The position numbers and the translations under genes were made by a program. A DNA stretch of 52,001 nucleotides, the filler included, from Catajapyx aquilonaris (taxonomy: Eukaryota), in NCBI GenBank assembly GCA_000934665.2. It is 3 parts of 3 records of this genome, joined end to end, with 100 filler letters (N's around TTAATTAATTAA, not from the genome) between each part and the next. Parts side by side here need not be neighbours in the genome. Positions count along the whole stretch, not along the records: positions 34,798 to 52,001 come from JYFJ02007006.1; 2 more parts are not named here. One strand, 5' to 3'. Shown piece after piece: positions 36,860-49,441 of the stretch. The first letter of the stretch is position 1. Every line of letters begins with the position of its first letter. The notes under the pieces are model-generated. The model was not told where the DNA came from. It saw nothing but the letters and a program-made list of their open reading frames with translations, and made no database searches.

Positions 36860-37320
36860 TAATAAGTACAATCTGTTCACCCCAGAGCAGCGGGGGAACG
36901 TTTCGCTAACAATATGGCGAGGTGTAAATAAGGATTGACATTGCTAGGTGATGGAATCATGAACAAATGAAGTATTTGACGGAAAAAAAATTGTGAAAAA
37001 AATCATAACTTAAATCCTGCAGCAGGTGGAACTGTGAGGTTTTGAACATCAATCCGCACGATCCTACTGCGCATTCGGCCCTTTGAGAAGAAACCAAATT
37101 CCGAATAGTTATTTAGCAAAAAAATAACGCATTTTTAGGTGGTTTTTATTTTTTTGCGGCGTTTTGAAGAGGCATTGAGTTTAGCTGTAAATGGTAGGAA
37201 TGCACTTCACGATGGTGGGGATCTGTTCAAATTTTGGAAGCTCTACCTACAGCATAACTTGAGTTAGGGCGAATAAAAAAAGCGTAACAAGAAGAAGAAG
37301 AACAAGAAGAACAATATGTT

Positions 37321-37418
37321 GAAAAAATTCATTGTTGAAAATTGTTGTACGGACTTATTTTAGGGGTGGTAGCCCCTAAGTAAGAGGCGTACAACCATTT
37401 TCAACAATGAATTTTTTC
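37321..37418. repeat. ~100-bp imperfect hairpin
   Basis: gaaaaaattcattgttgaaaattgttgtacg ... cgtacaaccattttcaacaatgaattttttc. Confidence 0.8.
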
Positions 37419-39156
37419 TGGCAAATGTAATGACAATTCTATTATAAATGGTACAACTTGATCAGTGATATTATACGGAAGTCTTTATGACAATCAAAAA
37501 TACCATTAATAATAAAAGGATAGCATAAAATATATTGCAGTTCATTTACCCTGAACGCTATGCCCACTGGGTTTTTAAAGTCATTGTGCATATTTGTAAA
37601 GTCTGCGGTCCTACAACCTGAAATCCTTCAAAGTCCCCTGGTTTTATGTCCATACCATTGCCAAGAGGTGACAGGACCATGTTGGGCCATAATAAGAGGT
37701 TCACTAACATTAAGATGATCATAGAAGCTTCAGTTTTTTGGTCTTGCTTTTCTTCAGGTTCACATTATAGCAATGCCTGATTTAATTTTTTCTTGGTGAA
37801 CAGTTCATAATGGCAATACACTGTACTCCGAATTATCCCTGTTAATGAATGCACGGGTGAGCCTGTATAATCGGAAAACATAGATAATCTGAAAATGGTG
37901 CTAGATACTTGAAAAATGAGCAATTCACAGGTGTTTAATTAGTCACTACTGTACATAATGTATGGTGCTTTAAATTATATCTTATCAAAATAATAAGCTT
38001 ACTATAGATTTTTAATTCGTCTTCTGGAAAAAGTATGATAAGCTTACATATTTCTTTGTTTGCGAGACATATTGACATTCTTTCAGGCGTTCATATGAGG
38101 GGGTGAAAATCAAAAACTGACAGCTCCAAAAAAACAAAAAAATGAGTTAGCGCCGGCAATGCATTCCTCATGCCATGGAGTACATAATACCTGAATATGC
38201 TAATTAAAACCCTACAACAAAGCCGTCAAATGCAGGGGTCTGGGCGGGGGGGGGGGGGGGGGCACTGGTTGNTGAGAACCGCTGCCCTACTGTAACTTCT
38301 TTTTTTTTTGTCGATGTGTGGATAATCCGCAGGTGGACAATCAGGTGTAATCGAAATAGTTATCCCTAGTTGCTCAATCCATGTGAACTATTATGAAACC
38401 TTTGTTCTGTTAAATATTTTAAACATTTAAATAGATTAATAGAAGATGTAGAGTAATTCATGTGCAATTGATTCTTGGATGATGGCATCTTGCTACTCAT
38501 AACTCATGCACAATGGAGTCCAGCCAAATGGGCAAATGGGGTGGTAGTACTGTACTTAGTGATTCTTGCAACAGGAAAAGTGATTCTAATGTTTGTGAAT
38601 TAGTGACGTCCACACGGCCTTGAGTAGCTTACAAACGGACAAAATAATTATTATATGACATTATAATGCCCAAATAGGACCCTACTCGACATGACACTAT
38701 TGAAATATAAGTTAGTACACTCTGAAGATAACAGACTTCAAGGGACCGTGGAACTCAGTCTGCTATAACCCAAAATCTGTTATGATTTCGAGTCTGCCAT
38801 AACTGAGAGTGTTATACCCAAGGGGGGAGGGGGGAGGTGTTATATCCAGAGTCAACTGTATTTATATATAACCCCATTAAATAAGGACCAGCTATATGAC
38901 TGACGATTGCCTGCTACTTGGACTGGGAGAGCTGACCAATCTTCGTGAGCTGGCCATGAAAGTTGACCAGTACCTCTCGTCCCAGGCCATGTTCAACTTC
39001 CTGGCACGCCCAAGTGCACTGAGGAATATGCAGAAGCTCGACCTGTCCTGCTGCCCTGGACTCGATAATGCATGCTTGCTCGCAATCACCCAGTCCTGCC
39101 AAAATTTTCAAGAACTGATATTAACATGTTGCAGTGGATTCAACTTGGCAGGAATA

Positions 39157-39500
39157 GGGAGGCGGAGTGGTGCTGCGGTAACGTATGCGCCCACGGATGT
39201 TACGGTCCCGGGTTCGATCCCAACCTGGGGACACCCTCTTCATCTCGTGCAGAGTTCAGGGTCACCTCTGGCTTCGTCTCGGGTGGTATTTCCACAGACT
39301 AAACTACCCAGGGGAGTTCACTAAAAATGGCCACGTTAAGACATTGCACTGCACCTTGCACATCCCCTCCTGTCATCCTGCCCGTGGGCCCGGGCGTTTC
39401 GTATAAAGGCTCCAATGTACTTACCATAATAAATAAAGGTCCGTGCTGCATACCTCAGATGAGGTCAAGCACTACCCCGGATTATTGAAAAAAAAAAAAA
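39157..39500 (+). mobile_element. tRNA-derived SINE with poly(A)
   Basis: B box gggttcgatccc, a poly(A) run and a 15-bp TSD aacttggcaggaata (39142-39156 / 39501-39515). Confidence 0.9.
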
Positions 39501-39634
39501 AACTTGGCAGGAATAACTGGCCTTATTGCCAAGTCTTCAAAGCTTGAGAAGCTGAATTTAATGTCATGTGGATGTGGAGGAATTGATACAGTCACGGGAA
39601 GCCATTCAGCAGATATTGCCAAGGCTTGACAATA

Positions 39635-39635
39635 T

Positions 39636-39666
<31 letters not shown>

Positions 39667-40144
39667 CCCCATTTCCAGGGACTCAGCCCTCTAAGGGGGA
39701 CACAACTCTGGGCTACATTTTATATACTTCTTAAAACTTAAATACAGATCAAAATTACAAAAATACCCTAAACCTTTATTGTACACAGTTAATAACCTGA
39801 GTGCCTTAACAGGCAGCAAAAAGAACAGAAAAAAGAGACAAAAAAGAGGAGAGGAAAACAAAATGTATATATATATAATTATGTATAAAAATAAATAAAA
39901 AAATCATTAGACATATAACCCGATTCTTTTTGCGACATTTTCCAAAAAGTTGTAAACATTGTACGCCATATTCTTGGGGAGCTGATCAAACAAAAGGTGA
40001 AAATTATCAGGCGGCATAGGCGGGAAATTTACCAGAAATTGTTGTCGGGGAGTTAGGAAGCTGGGACAGACAAAAAAAACATGGTGGGGAGAAAAGGATT
40101 CACCGACGTTGCACTAGTCACAATCATTGTCATAGTCGAACTGA
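39635..40144 (-). mobile_element. 5'-truncated LINE 3' end
   Basis: 14-bp TSD aaggcttgacaata (39621-39634 / 40145-40158), (TAAA)n tail and a decayed CCHC-like C..C.V.E....FFVCP on the minus strand. Confidence 0.75.
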
Positions 40145-40412
40145 AAGGCTTGACAATACTTGGTAACCTTTTATCTCATTGGATACCATTAAAAGAGCAC
40201 TGGTCATTTTAACTGATCTGTCACACTTGTGCAGATGGACCCTATAAAAGCCATGTTGTATGACAGGTTAATGATCTTGTTGCCAGATGATGCCTTCAAG
40301 TGACGACTATAGTAATAATTGATTCGACCAGAGAAGGGTAGTGAAGGGTAGTGATGTCACAAGCCTTGAGGTGTTCGTTCCATTGTTGCCCATTGTGATG
40401 TCACTATTATTT

Positions 40413-40985
40413 TTATTTCATTTTTATTTAACCGAAGCAGTAGCGGTGTAGTGGATATGGTGTCCGACTGCTAATCGGGAGGTCCTGGGTTCGAATCCCG
40501 GAGGCCGGCGATCCTGACCTTGGTTTTCTGTGGTTTCCCAAGGTCATTCCAGGAATAATTTCCGGGATCGTACCGTAATATAGGCCACAGCTGCTTCCCT
40601 CCTTTCCCTGTCCTGGAGGAGATGCGGGTCAGTCGGGGGTTTCTGACCCGCATCTAGGGGGGACATCTATGGCGAACGGACCCCCCTGGGGGACTGCACA
40701 CGACCCCCAACATGAGAGATTGCACATGCACCAGTGTCCCCCCTTCCTATCCTTTCCTTGTCCCTGCACCAGCTACTAGTAGCTGGTGCAGGGACAAGGT
40801 AAGGATATTTTTGTTATTATTATTTTTACAGCTGTAAAAATAATAATAACAAAAATAAAGGAACGTGTGATATACCCCCAGTTGGGGGTGAAAGCACTAC
40901 CCCAGTTATTATTATTATTTATTATTATTATTATTTCATTTTTATTTCACATACCCCGTGTTAGAGCTGAGCTCTTTTAGGGGGA
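40413..40985. mobile_element. Composite retro-insertion containing a tRNA-SINE (40431-~40800)
   Basis: Flanked by tgtga(t/c)gtcactattatt direct repeats. The SINE is of the same family as 4897, and a reverse-oriented stem-loop tail lies at 40954-40984. Confidence 0.75.
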
Positions 40986-41690
40986 TGTGACGTCACTATT
41001 ATTCTCTGGTTGAGTCAGTAAAAGCTGGATCATTCCCTTTTCTGTTGGGGTGTCACTTGAGAGGTTGCCATACTGCAGTCTAATCAGTCATAACGTTTTA
41101 TTTGATATAGTATTTTTATATAGACAGTTACCAGAGCTTCTCATGCAACTCAATATAATGCAATCACAAACAAGAGTTGAGGTCTGGAGTAGCCAACAGC
41201 TCGTCATTGAGATGGCTATCCCGCCTCACCCTTCCTGTGTTGTGGATGTCTCCAAGGAATATGCAGATGTCAACAACTCAACGTGCCCGAACAGTCGGCA
41301 TTCTTTTGTATCCCCCATTTCTGCGAGTACCTGACCAGTCTCCAGAATTTTTTAAATAATTGGAAATGTATGAGGGTAGCGAGGACCTCCTTGTAATCCG
41401 CTGGAGCCGTGATGAATATGATGATGATGAAAAACAAGAGCACAAAATCATCATGCTGTGGAAATCATGATTTATGACTCCACCTCACACTACTGCTGGA
41501 ATAGGCAGATTTTGCAAGTGTTATGTTCTGGCTGTCTTGGAAGAACTTGATAATTTATTTTTGTGAAGTATCGTTGTGCTAGGGCGTTATATTGGATTAT
41601 TATCCATCAAACCACGTACCTCCAAATAATTTCTTATTGGTGTAATTAGGCTTTGGGTGTAATACTGTATATGAACATAACAATACATCG

Positions 41691-41718
41691 TATCGATTCG
41701 GAACAATCAATATCGATA
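41691..41718. promoter_or_regulatory. DRE (TATCGATA) upstream of ZFYVE21
   Basis: Perfect TATCGATA at 41711-41718 and TATCGATT at 41691-41698, about 160-185 bp before the ATG. Confidence 0.5.
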
Positions 41719-41875
41719 CTACGATACGATATGACGATGTTCTCATCACTAGTGGGCGTGAACGTCGAACATGGCCGCCGTTTAGCATTTCGTTTAGAAG
41801 GCGATGGTCTAACGGAGCTCGCCTTCATCGAGGTCGCCCAGCTCTCTCCCTCTTCTAGAAGCTGCTGTTGGCGCC

Positions 41876-44279
41876 ATGTCTGGGGCGAAAAAGTTGGTCC
41901 GATCCAAGTCGGGCTTGCGGATTGTACCCGCCAATGATAACCATCGCAGCCCTTTCGAGCTCAGTGAGCCTCCTTGGGTGCCTGACAAGGAGAGTCCGGA
42001 CTGCACCCATTGCCATGCTAAGTTCGACATCATCACTCGGAGGGTATACCTCATTTGGGATAGTTACATAGCGTTACATGGAAAGGCCCATAATTTGCAT
42101 GTTTACTATAGTCTGAGAAGGTTTGTTTTCATGGTTTTCCCAGCCCTCTTCTCCATATCTGGCCATATTAAGAGGGCTGGAGAAACCTGGAAAGTCATGC
42201 AAACTTAGCTTGGGCTGACTGTGATTGCCTTGGTGCTGTATAGGGGAGACCGGGGCTTGAGGGGACACTTCTTTATTATTATTTTTCTGTGGCCAGTTAA
42301 GACTTTCACAGTAGTTTTTATACTGATAAATACTTTAGACATTTGAGAATATATGTGATATTTTTGCATAGTTGCATTTTAAATATGCTAACCACTAGAA
42401 ATTATTTAAAAAGTCTCTGTAAATTTGCCATTGTGCCCCTTACCCTGGCACGATGGCACAAGGCATGGGGCACGTTGGCACAGTAATGTAAAGCTAGCAG
42501 GCCTTGGTGGACTAGTGGTTAGCGCTCTCGCCTCTGGTTCCAAGGTTGTGGGTTCGAACCCGGCCGAGGTCGGTGACTTTTCTCCGGGTGGTAGAAAAGT
42601 GAGAGTGCGCCTTCCTTCGGAGGGGAAGTAAAGCCGTCGGTCCCGTGTGCTTGTGACATTGCGCAAGTGCACGTTAAAGATCCCCAGAGTGGCCAAATTT
42701 CCAGGAGGAGGACCACCCCCTGGCGTTGGTGTTGAGCCTTAGAGGCAGAAATAGGCCGACGTTAAGCCCCACTGAACCCAGTAATATAAAGCTAAGGTAC
42801 AGCTTATGAAATAATATGAAAGTCACTTGCGCACACATTATCGATTCATATCAATATAGTTACAAGAGATTACAAAGATGTTACAAAGATATTCAGAACT
42901 TTTTGCCTGCAGGATGACATAGTGTGTTCTACAGCTAATAAAGAGCAAGTAGCTGGCAACTGGGGAAAGTGCATGGGCCTGGCCTGATAAGTGACAGGGG
43001 AGAGGCAGTAGAGGCTGCCATGGTCCGCCAAGGCTGGAAGGGACATGTGCCAACATGCCCCAAGCAAACTGTGCCATTTTTTAACCTTTCAAGTCCTCCT
43101 CCTCTTGAGTGACAAATATGAAATAGCCATTTATGCTGTCATTTGTAGGCAGATATTCTGCCTTGCGAATGAATTATTCGGTCTGGGTGATCTAGCATTT
43201 CCATTGGAAGAAGAAAGAAAAACTAATGAAAAATGGAAATTTACTCAAATTGTCAAAACCCGAAAAAAATTGGTACTGCTGCCGACAGTCTTTTGCGATT
43301 GAATTGAAAATAGGATGGAATGTGGAACATGTCTATCTGCACCTACCACATAAGCATCAGGTCCGTGAACCTAATAGCATCTTCACAAAGTTGACTGTGC
43401 CATCGTACCCCTGTAGCCATTGTGCCCTGGTCTCCCCTACTACAGAGGCCAAAGAGTGGTGCAAATACATTACGGAGTGGAATGCTATGCAACGTATTAA
43501 GAGCGCGCTCTACCCTTCCCCTCCGAGCGAGTTGGGAGCAGGTCGAGGTCCGTCCCGCCAGTTTGACTCTTCTTCCTCTCGCTGTGACGGGCACAAATAT
43601 GGAGGTATCGGCATGACACTCGAGTATCTGGTCGGGAAAGAGTTGAATTTGCATGTGTTGTGTTTATTTTTCTCCTGTGGCGATATTTGCAGCAGCCGCG
43701 CCCAGGTATGGATTTGAACTTCCGCCCGCCATCACGCCTTTCCATGTCGGTACTTGTGAGATTTGACTCCTTCAGCGTCTTCCGACGCCGTTTTACCAAG
43801 AGTCTGTAAAAGGGCACAAGTGTGGCAGTCCTGGTTTCGCCAAATCTCTGCAGAAAAAAGACCCCCCCCAATGAGCAAAAATGACTGGTCGCGAGGAAGA
43901 GACGATCTGGCAGCGCCGACTGCCCCCACTCTCCACCCGCCACCCCACTCTCCCTTACTACCCGGCTGCTAATCTTCCGATGGCCCCTTCCCTGGACCTC
44001 GCATACACCCAAGACCCAACCGAGCTGGATTCGTGGGTCCAACCACCGGCCCAACATTGAGAAGGCCGATGATTATGGACGTTGATTTAATTATGTAAAA
44101 ATAAAAATATGACTGTGAGCATCGGTGATATATCGGAAAGGGTACGTATATTCCAGAAGCTTGAGTTGATGGATACGCGGGATTGGAGGAGACGGACACA
44201 CTTGCTGTTCGATAATTGAGATATGCAGGGTAACGGTCCGTGCAAAACCTGAGCAGCACATGCACCTTGCCATATTATT

Positions 44280-44315
<36 letters not shown>

Positions 44316-47300
44316 GCTGTTGCAGAGTAAAAGAAGGTGAAAATTATGCTGGTACTTTTTTTTGCTGAAGTGTAAAGAGATGAAGACATTTACCACAAAT
44401 GTAGGGAGTTACCGATAAGTTAGTGGGGTAGGGGAGGGAGTAACATGGAGTTCCCATATCTGCAGCAAAACCAAGTGTGGACCGGTTTGTACTTCCTGGT
44501 AGTACTTGACAGTCGTGATCCGCAATTCTTGGAAAAGGGTCCTGACAGATGCCTTCTTCCCCTACCCCCCACCACAAGACAATGCACTGCACCTTTGTTC
44601 CTCCCTCCCTATCCCTTCCCTGTCCCTGCATCGGTGAGATTGAAAAGTATAGAGAATGGAGGAGATCTCCTCCCTCTGCATTGACTCAGTGGGGAACCAA
44701 AATAAAAAAATACAAAAATAAAAAATAAAAATAAAAACCTGGCCAAGCAGAGGTGACGGGGAACATATCTCTCCTGCATATCTCTATTCTCGATCAGAAA
44801 GTGTGTCTGTCTCCTCCAATTTCCCGCGTACCCATCAACTCAAGCTGCTGGGATATAGGCTACCCTTTCCATTATCACCGATGCTCACATATGGATCATT
44901 CCAGCTCAACTGAGTCAAAGTGTTGCTCGACCATGTCCGATTTGGCTGAAAAAAAACCTTGTTGTACACACGCCTAGGACCTAATGCAAAATATCCCATT
45001 TCAGCCATACTGCGCAACACCGGGAGGAGGGGGGCGCTCCCACAATATTTGGGTCGGCCAGGAAATCAGCTCTTCTTCGGCGAATTATTTCGGGGTGTGA
45101 GAGTCGTCCAAACCCATCAAACATGATATCAGAAGAAATAGAAAAACTAGGAGAATGCATCTATGGAAGTGGTTTCACTCGCAAATGCAACCAGAATAAA
45201 ACCAGACAGGCTTTACATCGGTCAAATTTCCAAGAATTTGGCCGCCCAAAATTAGTGATGTAATTGCGCCACATATTTCATATTTAGTGACACTAATATA
45301 AACCCACACAAGTTGCAATGTGTCAAGTGTGAAGCTTGAGCCATGCATATTTCTGGAGATAAAAAATCGGAAACTTTGGGTTTTTGGTCAATTTCGAGAC
45401 ATTCGGCCCTGGTTTTCGCTCTGTGGCACTTGTAGTAGTGACCGACATAATATAATTATATCACTGGAATCCTCGTTTCATGGCTAACGAGATGATGACC
45501 CAATACGCTCATCCAAAGATCAACAGCGCGGCGTGGCGATTTTTTGAAAAGGGGATTGAGAGGCGCATCGAATTGGCATTGTAAGCCATGCGTGGGGTTC
45601 CCCTCTCAGGTGAATTTCAAATATTATGGTTCCAAAATAATGCTCACATTGTTGTCTTAGCTGCAAGAATGCATTGCAAGGCATTTTACTTCGGCGAATG
45701 CCTGGGTTTCCCCCCCGAATGAGAGTGAACATAAATATACTTTGTGAATCCTTCGAGGCTGTTGTGCAGGCTAAACCATATCATATGTCGACCGGCACAG
45801 TGAGGAAAATGGGTAGCTCTACCCCCTCCCCCCGGTGTTGCGCAATACGGCTGAAATTTGATATTTCGCATTAGATCCTAGGCGTGTACAACCAGGATTT
45901 TTTTCAGCCAAATCGGAGATTGTCGAGCAACACTTTGACTCAGTTGGGCTGGAATGATCCATAATAATTTTTAAATAATTTCATCAACGTCAATAATGTA
46001 ATAATCGGCCCCAAGTTGGTGTAATTGACAAATGAATATTGTCTTTACAACATATCAAAATTTGAAAATTTTGTTTGAGTGGTGCAGTGGCAGTTGGCAC
46101 AATTTTACGGCGAAAACATGAAAAGATTGCATGGTTTTACATGTCCTCAAGATTCCCCGCTCAAAGTCTACGATGCAAATGCACTACATAAGACGGACCT
46201 TGAATGGAGCTTTCATTTTGTATGCTTCACAATCATGGGGGAAAGTGAGTTGGTATTGCCAATTTGAATTGCCGCCTCCCATTTTTCCAGCTCCCCCCAG
46301 CTCTGTTGGAACAGCAAGCGGGCCCAGGGAAAGGGCCATCGGAAGATTAGCAGCCGGGTCTGAGCCGGGTAGTAAGGGAGAGTGGGGGCAGTCGGCGCTG
46401 CCAGATCGTCTCTTCCTCGCGACCAGTCATTTTTGCTCATTGGGGGGGTCTTTTTTCTGCAGAGATTTGGCGAAACCAGGACTGCCACACTTGTGCCCTT
46501 TTACCGACTTTTGGTAAAACGGCGTCGGAAGACGCTGAAGGAGTCAAATCTCACAAGTACCTATATGTTGGCTCGTTTTTTTGATTTGATAATTAAGAAT
46601 TTGTCTTTTTGTGATATTGAAATGTGAATTACCCGATATCATGTAATGTGATGTGTGTCCCCCGAAGAAGGCCTTTGGGCCTTGTGGGGTAACTAATAAT
46701 AAATAAATAAATAAATAAATAAAATCTCACAAGTACCGACATGGAAAGGAGTGAAAAGGAGTGGCGGAAGTTCAAATCTATACCTGGGCGCGGCTGCCGC
46801 AAATATCGCCACAGGAGAAAAATAAACACAACACATGCAAATTCAACTCTTTCCCGACCAGATACTCGAGTGTCATGCCGATACCTCCATATTTGTGCCC
46901 GTCACAGCGAGAGGAAGAAGAGTCAAACTGGCGGGACGGACCTCGACCTGCTCCCAACTCGCTCGGAGGGGAAGGGTAGAGCGCGCTCTTAAGGCCAATT
47001 CATGCAGCACATTTGGTGGCATGCATTCAGCAGCATTGGGATAAGCAGCGAGATTGCCTGGGCTCAGACATATGCAATAGGCAGCATTCTACCACATATA
47101 GAATCTACGTTGTAACCTGATGCCTTATGCTGCATGGTGGTGAGAATTCTTACAGGTGAGTTGAATCTTAAGGCAGTATCTTAGCAGAGATAATTTCAGC
47201 TGCTGGCTAGGGACTTATCTAAACTATCATAAGTGTAGAGATGGCCCGGAGCTGGAGCTATGCTTTTTCATTTTGGTTGCTGCCAAGGGCAAACTCCTGG

Positions 47301-48178
47301 ATAATTCCTGGTGAACATTCTTGCCATTGGTTAGGTGGTGAAAATTCTGACCAGGAACTGTCCGACAAGTGACATCAGAGTTTGCTCTGTGTGTCAACGA
47401 AAATGAAACGGCATACCTCCAGGGTCATCTCTAGACAAATGTTATATAGTAGGCCCTGTCCAGCAGCAGACATTTTTTCTGCTGCATTACAGCCTTGAGC
47501 AGACAAGTTGAGAGGGATCAAACTTGCCAGTTAGAATTCTCACATAAGCTTAAAAGGCCGCAGATCTGTTATGTGAGGTGGCCATATTTCAATTGGCAAT
47601 GGCTGGATGTTAATATTTATTATTTGGATGATGATGTTATGAGATTAGTTCACACTGGTCCATTATGTCAGTAATGCTGTCAGGGCCATCATAATGTATA
47701 TAATTGCATATTATAGAGTCGTCCCTTTTGATGACATACTGGGGAAGCCTTCAATATGATGAAACAAATTGTTCTCGCATCACACCACTCTATTGTATCA
47801 TACGGTATCCACGTTATTTGGTACCCTGTAGATGTTCTTGCTAATTAGGCCACATCTTGTTATTACATAGTTGGCCTTTGGGAACCAAATGTTAGTGACA
47901 CCTTTATATGAATTTCTTACAAATACTAATGTAGTTGTCCTACATTAGGAGATAGGGAGAGCCATATATCATATAATGTTCCACTTACACTGATGCTATA
48001 TTTTTTCAGCACCACTGTCGAAGATGTGGTCAAATATATTGCAAGGGATGCTGTGAAACCAAGGTTCCACTACCTCGGATGTGCTTTGTGGATCCAGTTC
48101 GTCTCTGCCATGAATGTGCGGACCTCACTCGGAAGGAGAATGATTTCTATGATAAACATCTTAAAACTCTACAGAGTG
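41876..48178 (+). CDS. ZFYVE21: Zinc finger FYVE domain-containing protein 21, exons 1-2; further exons not found in the window
   Basis: Exon 41876-42043 (KKLVRSKSGLRIV...SPFELSEPPWVPDKE...FDIITRR) joins exon 48010-48178 (HHCRRCG...PRMCFVDPVRLC...FYDKHLKTL). This gives the R(R/K)HHCR FYVE motif and the characteristic ZFYVE21 N-terminus. Confidence 0.93.
42497..42778 (+). mobile_element. tRNA-derived SINE with Nin/Deu-like core
   Basis: A/B boxes, core cttcggaggggaagtaaagccgtcggtccc...gttaaagatccc and TSD cagtaat(g/a)taaagcta at 42481-42496 / 42779-42794. Confidence 0.85.
44893..45960. mobile_element. Nested TIR element (~110-150 bp TIRs)
   Basis: ggatcattccagctcaactgagtcaaagtgttgctcgac ... 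gtcgagcaacactttgactcagttgggctggaatgatcc. Confidence 0.8.
46562..46721 (+). mobile_element. Short retro-insertion (LINE/SINE 3' end) inside the right TIR
   Basis: 16-bp TSD aaatctcacaagtacc (46546-46561 / 46722-46737), stem-loop and (TAAA)n tail. Confidence 0.85.
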
Positions 48179-48925
48179 GTTAGTATATTACACCAAGACT
48201 GTTGCACTCTTTTAGTCAGTATAGCCTGAAATTATGAAGCCCCTGTCAGGTTCAGTCTGCTGCTGTTGTACAAGGTGTTCCAACAAAGAAGAAACACTGC
48301 TTACATAAGGCTACTTGTTTAGCTGATTACCGGTAAGCAGAAAGTAATAGATTATTTGTAGCAGTTTCAAGTAATTGCTGCACTCTTCATGTCTTGTGCT
48401 ACTCCTCCATTGGTGGAGCCAAAAAAAGCAATGGTGATAGCTATTTTTTTCGGTATGGTATTGACCATTTGTGTAAAATTACAATCATGGGACTCACATT
48501 ACTCAAATATGGGAGTGACATATCCAGAGTTTAATATTCTTGAGTCTAGGAGTCATTATTATTTGGTAATAAGCATATTTCTTTGATTTCTTTGATGACT
48601 CGTCCAATTGTATAATTGATATAAGTTGTGATCAGTTGTTTCGAAAGTAGCTTATCTGTTTGACCATATACTCCATCCTATGCCCATGGTATTCAGTATG
48701 TATGCTGCATTATTTGCCTAATTTTGCTTCAATTGCATAAATTATTTTGCATATTCATGTGCATTTTTAGTGAATTTTGATCCTTCCAATTTTTCCAATC
48801 TGTACAGAAGTTTCAACAGCTCTTGTAGATTCTCTCTAAGTTTCGGGTGTCTTAAATCAGCATTTATGACCTGAAATATGGTTTCTAATAATGCCCACAG
48901 GCCTCAGCAATGACCTCAATAGATA

Positions 48926-49441
48926 CACTGTAAACCGCAAAAGATTAAAAGAGCATCACTGGTGAGTCTCTCATGGAACATCAATTTTTAATGCTCTTCT
49001 AATGCTCCTGTGATGCTCCTGTGAAGCTTTTTTGTTGCTAAAAAGCATCACAAGAGCATTAAAAATTGATGTTCCATGAGAGACTCACCAGTGATGCTCT
49101 ATTAATGTTTTGCAGTTTACAGCATAGAATAACAAATTTTTAATGCTCTTGTGGTGCTCTTTTAATGTTTTTTGTTGTTAAAAGGATAAAAAAAGCATTA
49201 CAAGATCATGACAAGAGCATCATCAAAGCATTAAATGAGCATTAACAATTGATGTTCCATGAGAGACTTAGGAGTGCTGCTCTTTTAATGCTTTGATGAT
49301 GCTCTTGTAAGGCTCCCATAATGTTTTTTGTTGCTAAAAAGCCACAAAAAACATTAAAAGAGCATTACAAGAACATTAAAAATTGACGCTGCGTGGGAGA
49401 CTCATTAGTGATGCTCTTTTAATGTTTTGCGGTTTACAGTG
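48926..49441. mobile_element. CACTG-ended fold-back MITE (CACTA/EnSpm-like)
   Basis: TA|CACTGTAAACCGCAAAA ... TTTTGCGGTTTACAGTG|TA with many internal direct and inverted aagagcat/atgctct units. Confidence 0.8.

Larger units (their letters stand above)
38893..40400 (+). pseudogene. Cys-containing LRR (FBXL-type) pseudogene interrupted by a SINE and a LINE fragment
   Basis: MTDDCLLLGLGELTNLREL...LRNMQKLDLSCCPGLDNACLLAITQSCQNFQELILTCCSGFNLAGI resumes in frame after the SINE as TGLIAKSSKLEKLNLMSC. Stops and frameshifts follow. The 5' and 3' limits are uncertain. Confidence 0.7.
43501..46988. mobile_element. 3.5-kb non-autonomous DNA element with ~490-bp TIRs and TTAA TSD (Kolobok-like termini)
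   Basis: TTAA|GAGCGCGCTCTACCC ... GGGTAGAGCGCGCTC|TTAA. 43501-~43995 is the reverse complement of ~46320-46988 apart from an insertion at 46562-46721. Confidence 0.85.

Noticed and set aside
39440..39490. cagatgag...gaaa as a hammerhead ribozyme in a SINE tail
   Set aside because: The core is not CUGANGA and the three helices could not be built.
42497..42575. tRNA-like sequences (also 4900, 16915, 31500, 32065, 39157, 40431)
   Set aside because: They have no proper acceptor stem or terminator and continue into SINE bodies with tails or TSDs, so they are not tRNA genes.
43226..47044. Duplicated ORFs (e.g. MQIQLFPDQ..., MGAVGAARS...) suggesting a gene pair
   Set aside because: They are chance frames across the two TIRs of the TTAA element, with no domain signal.
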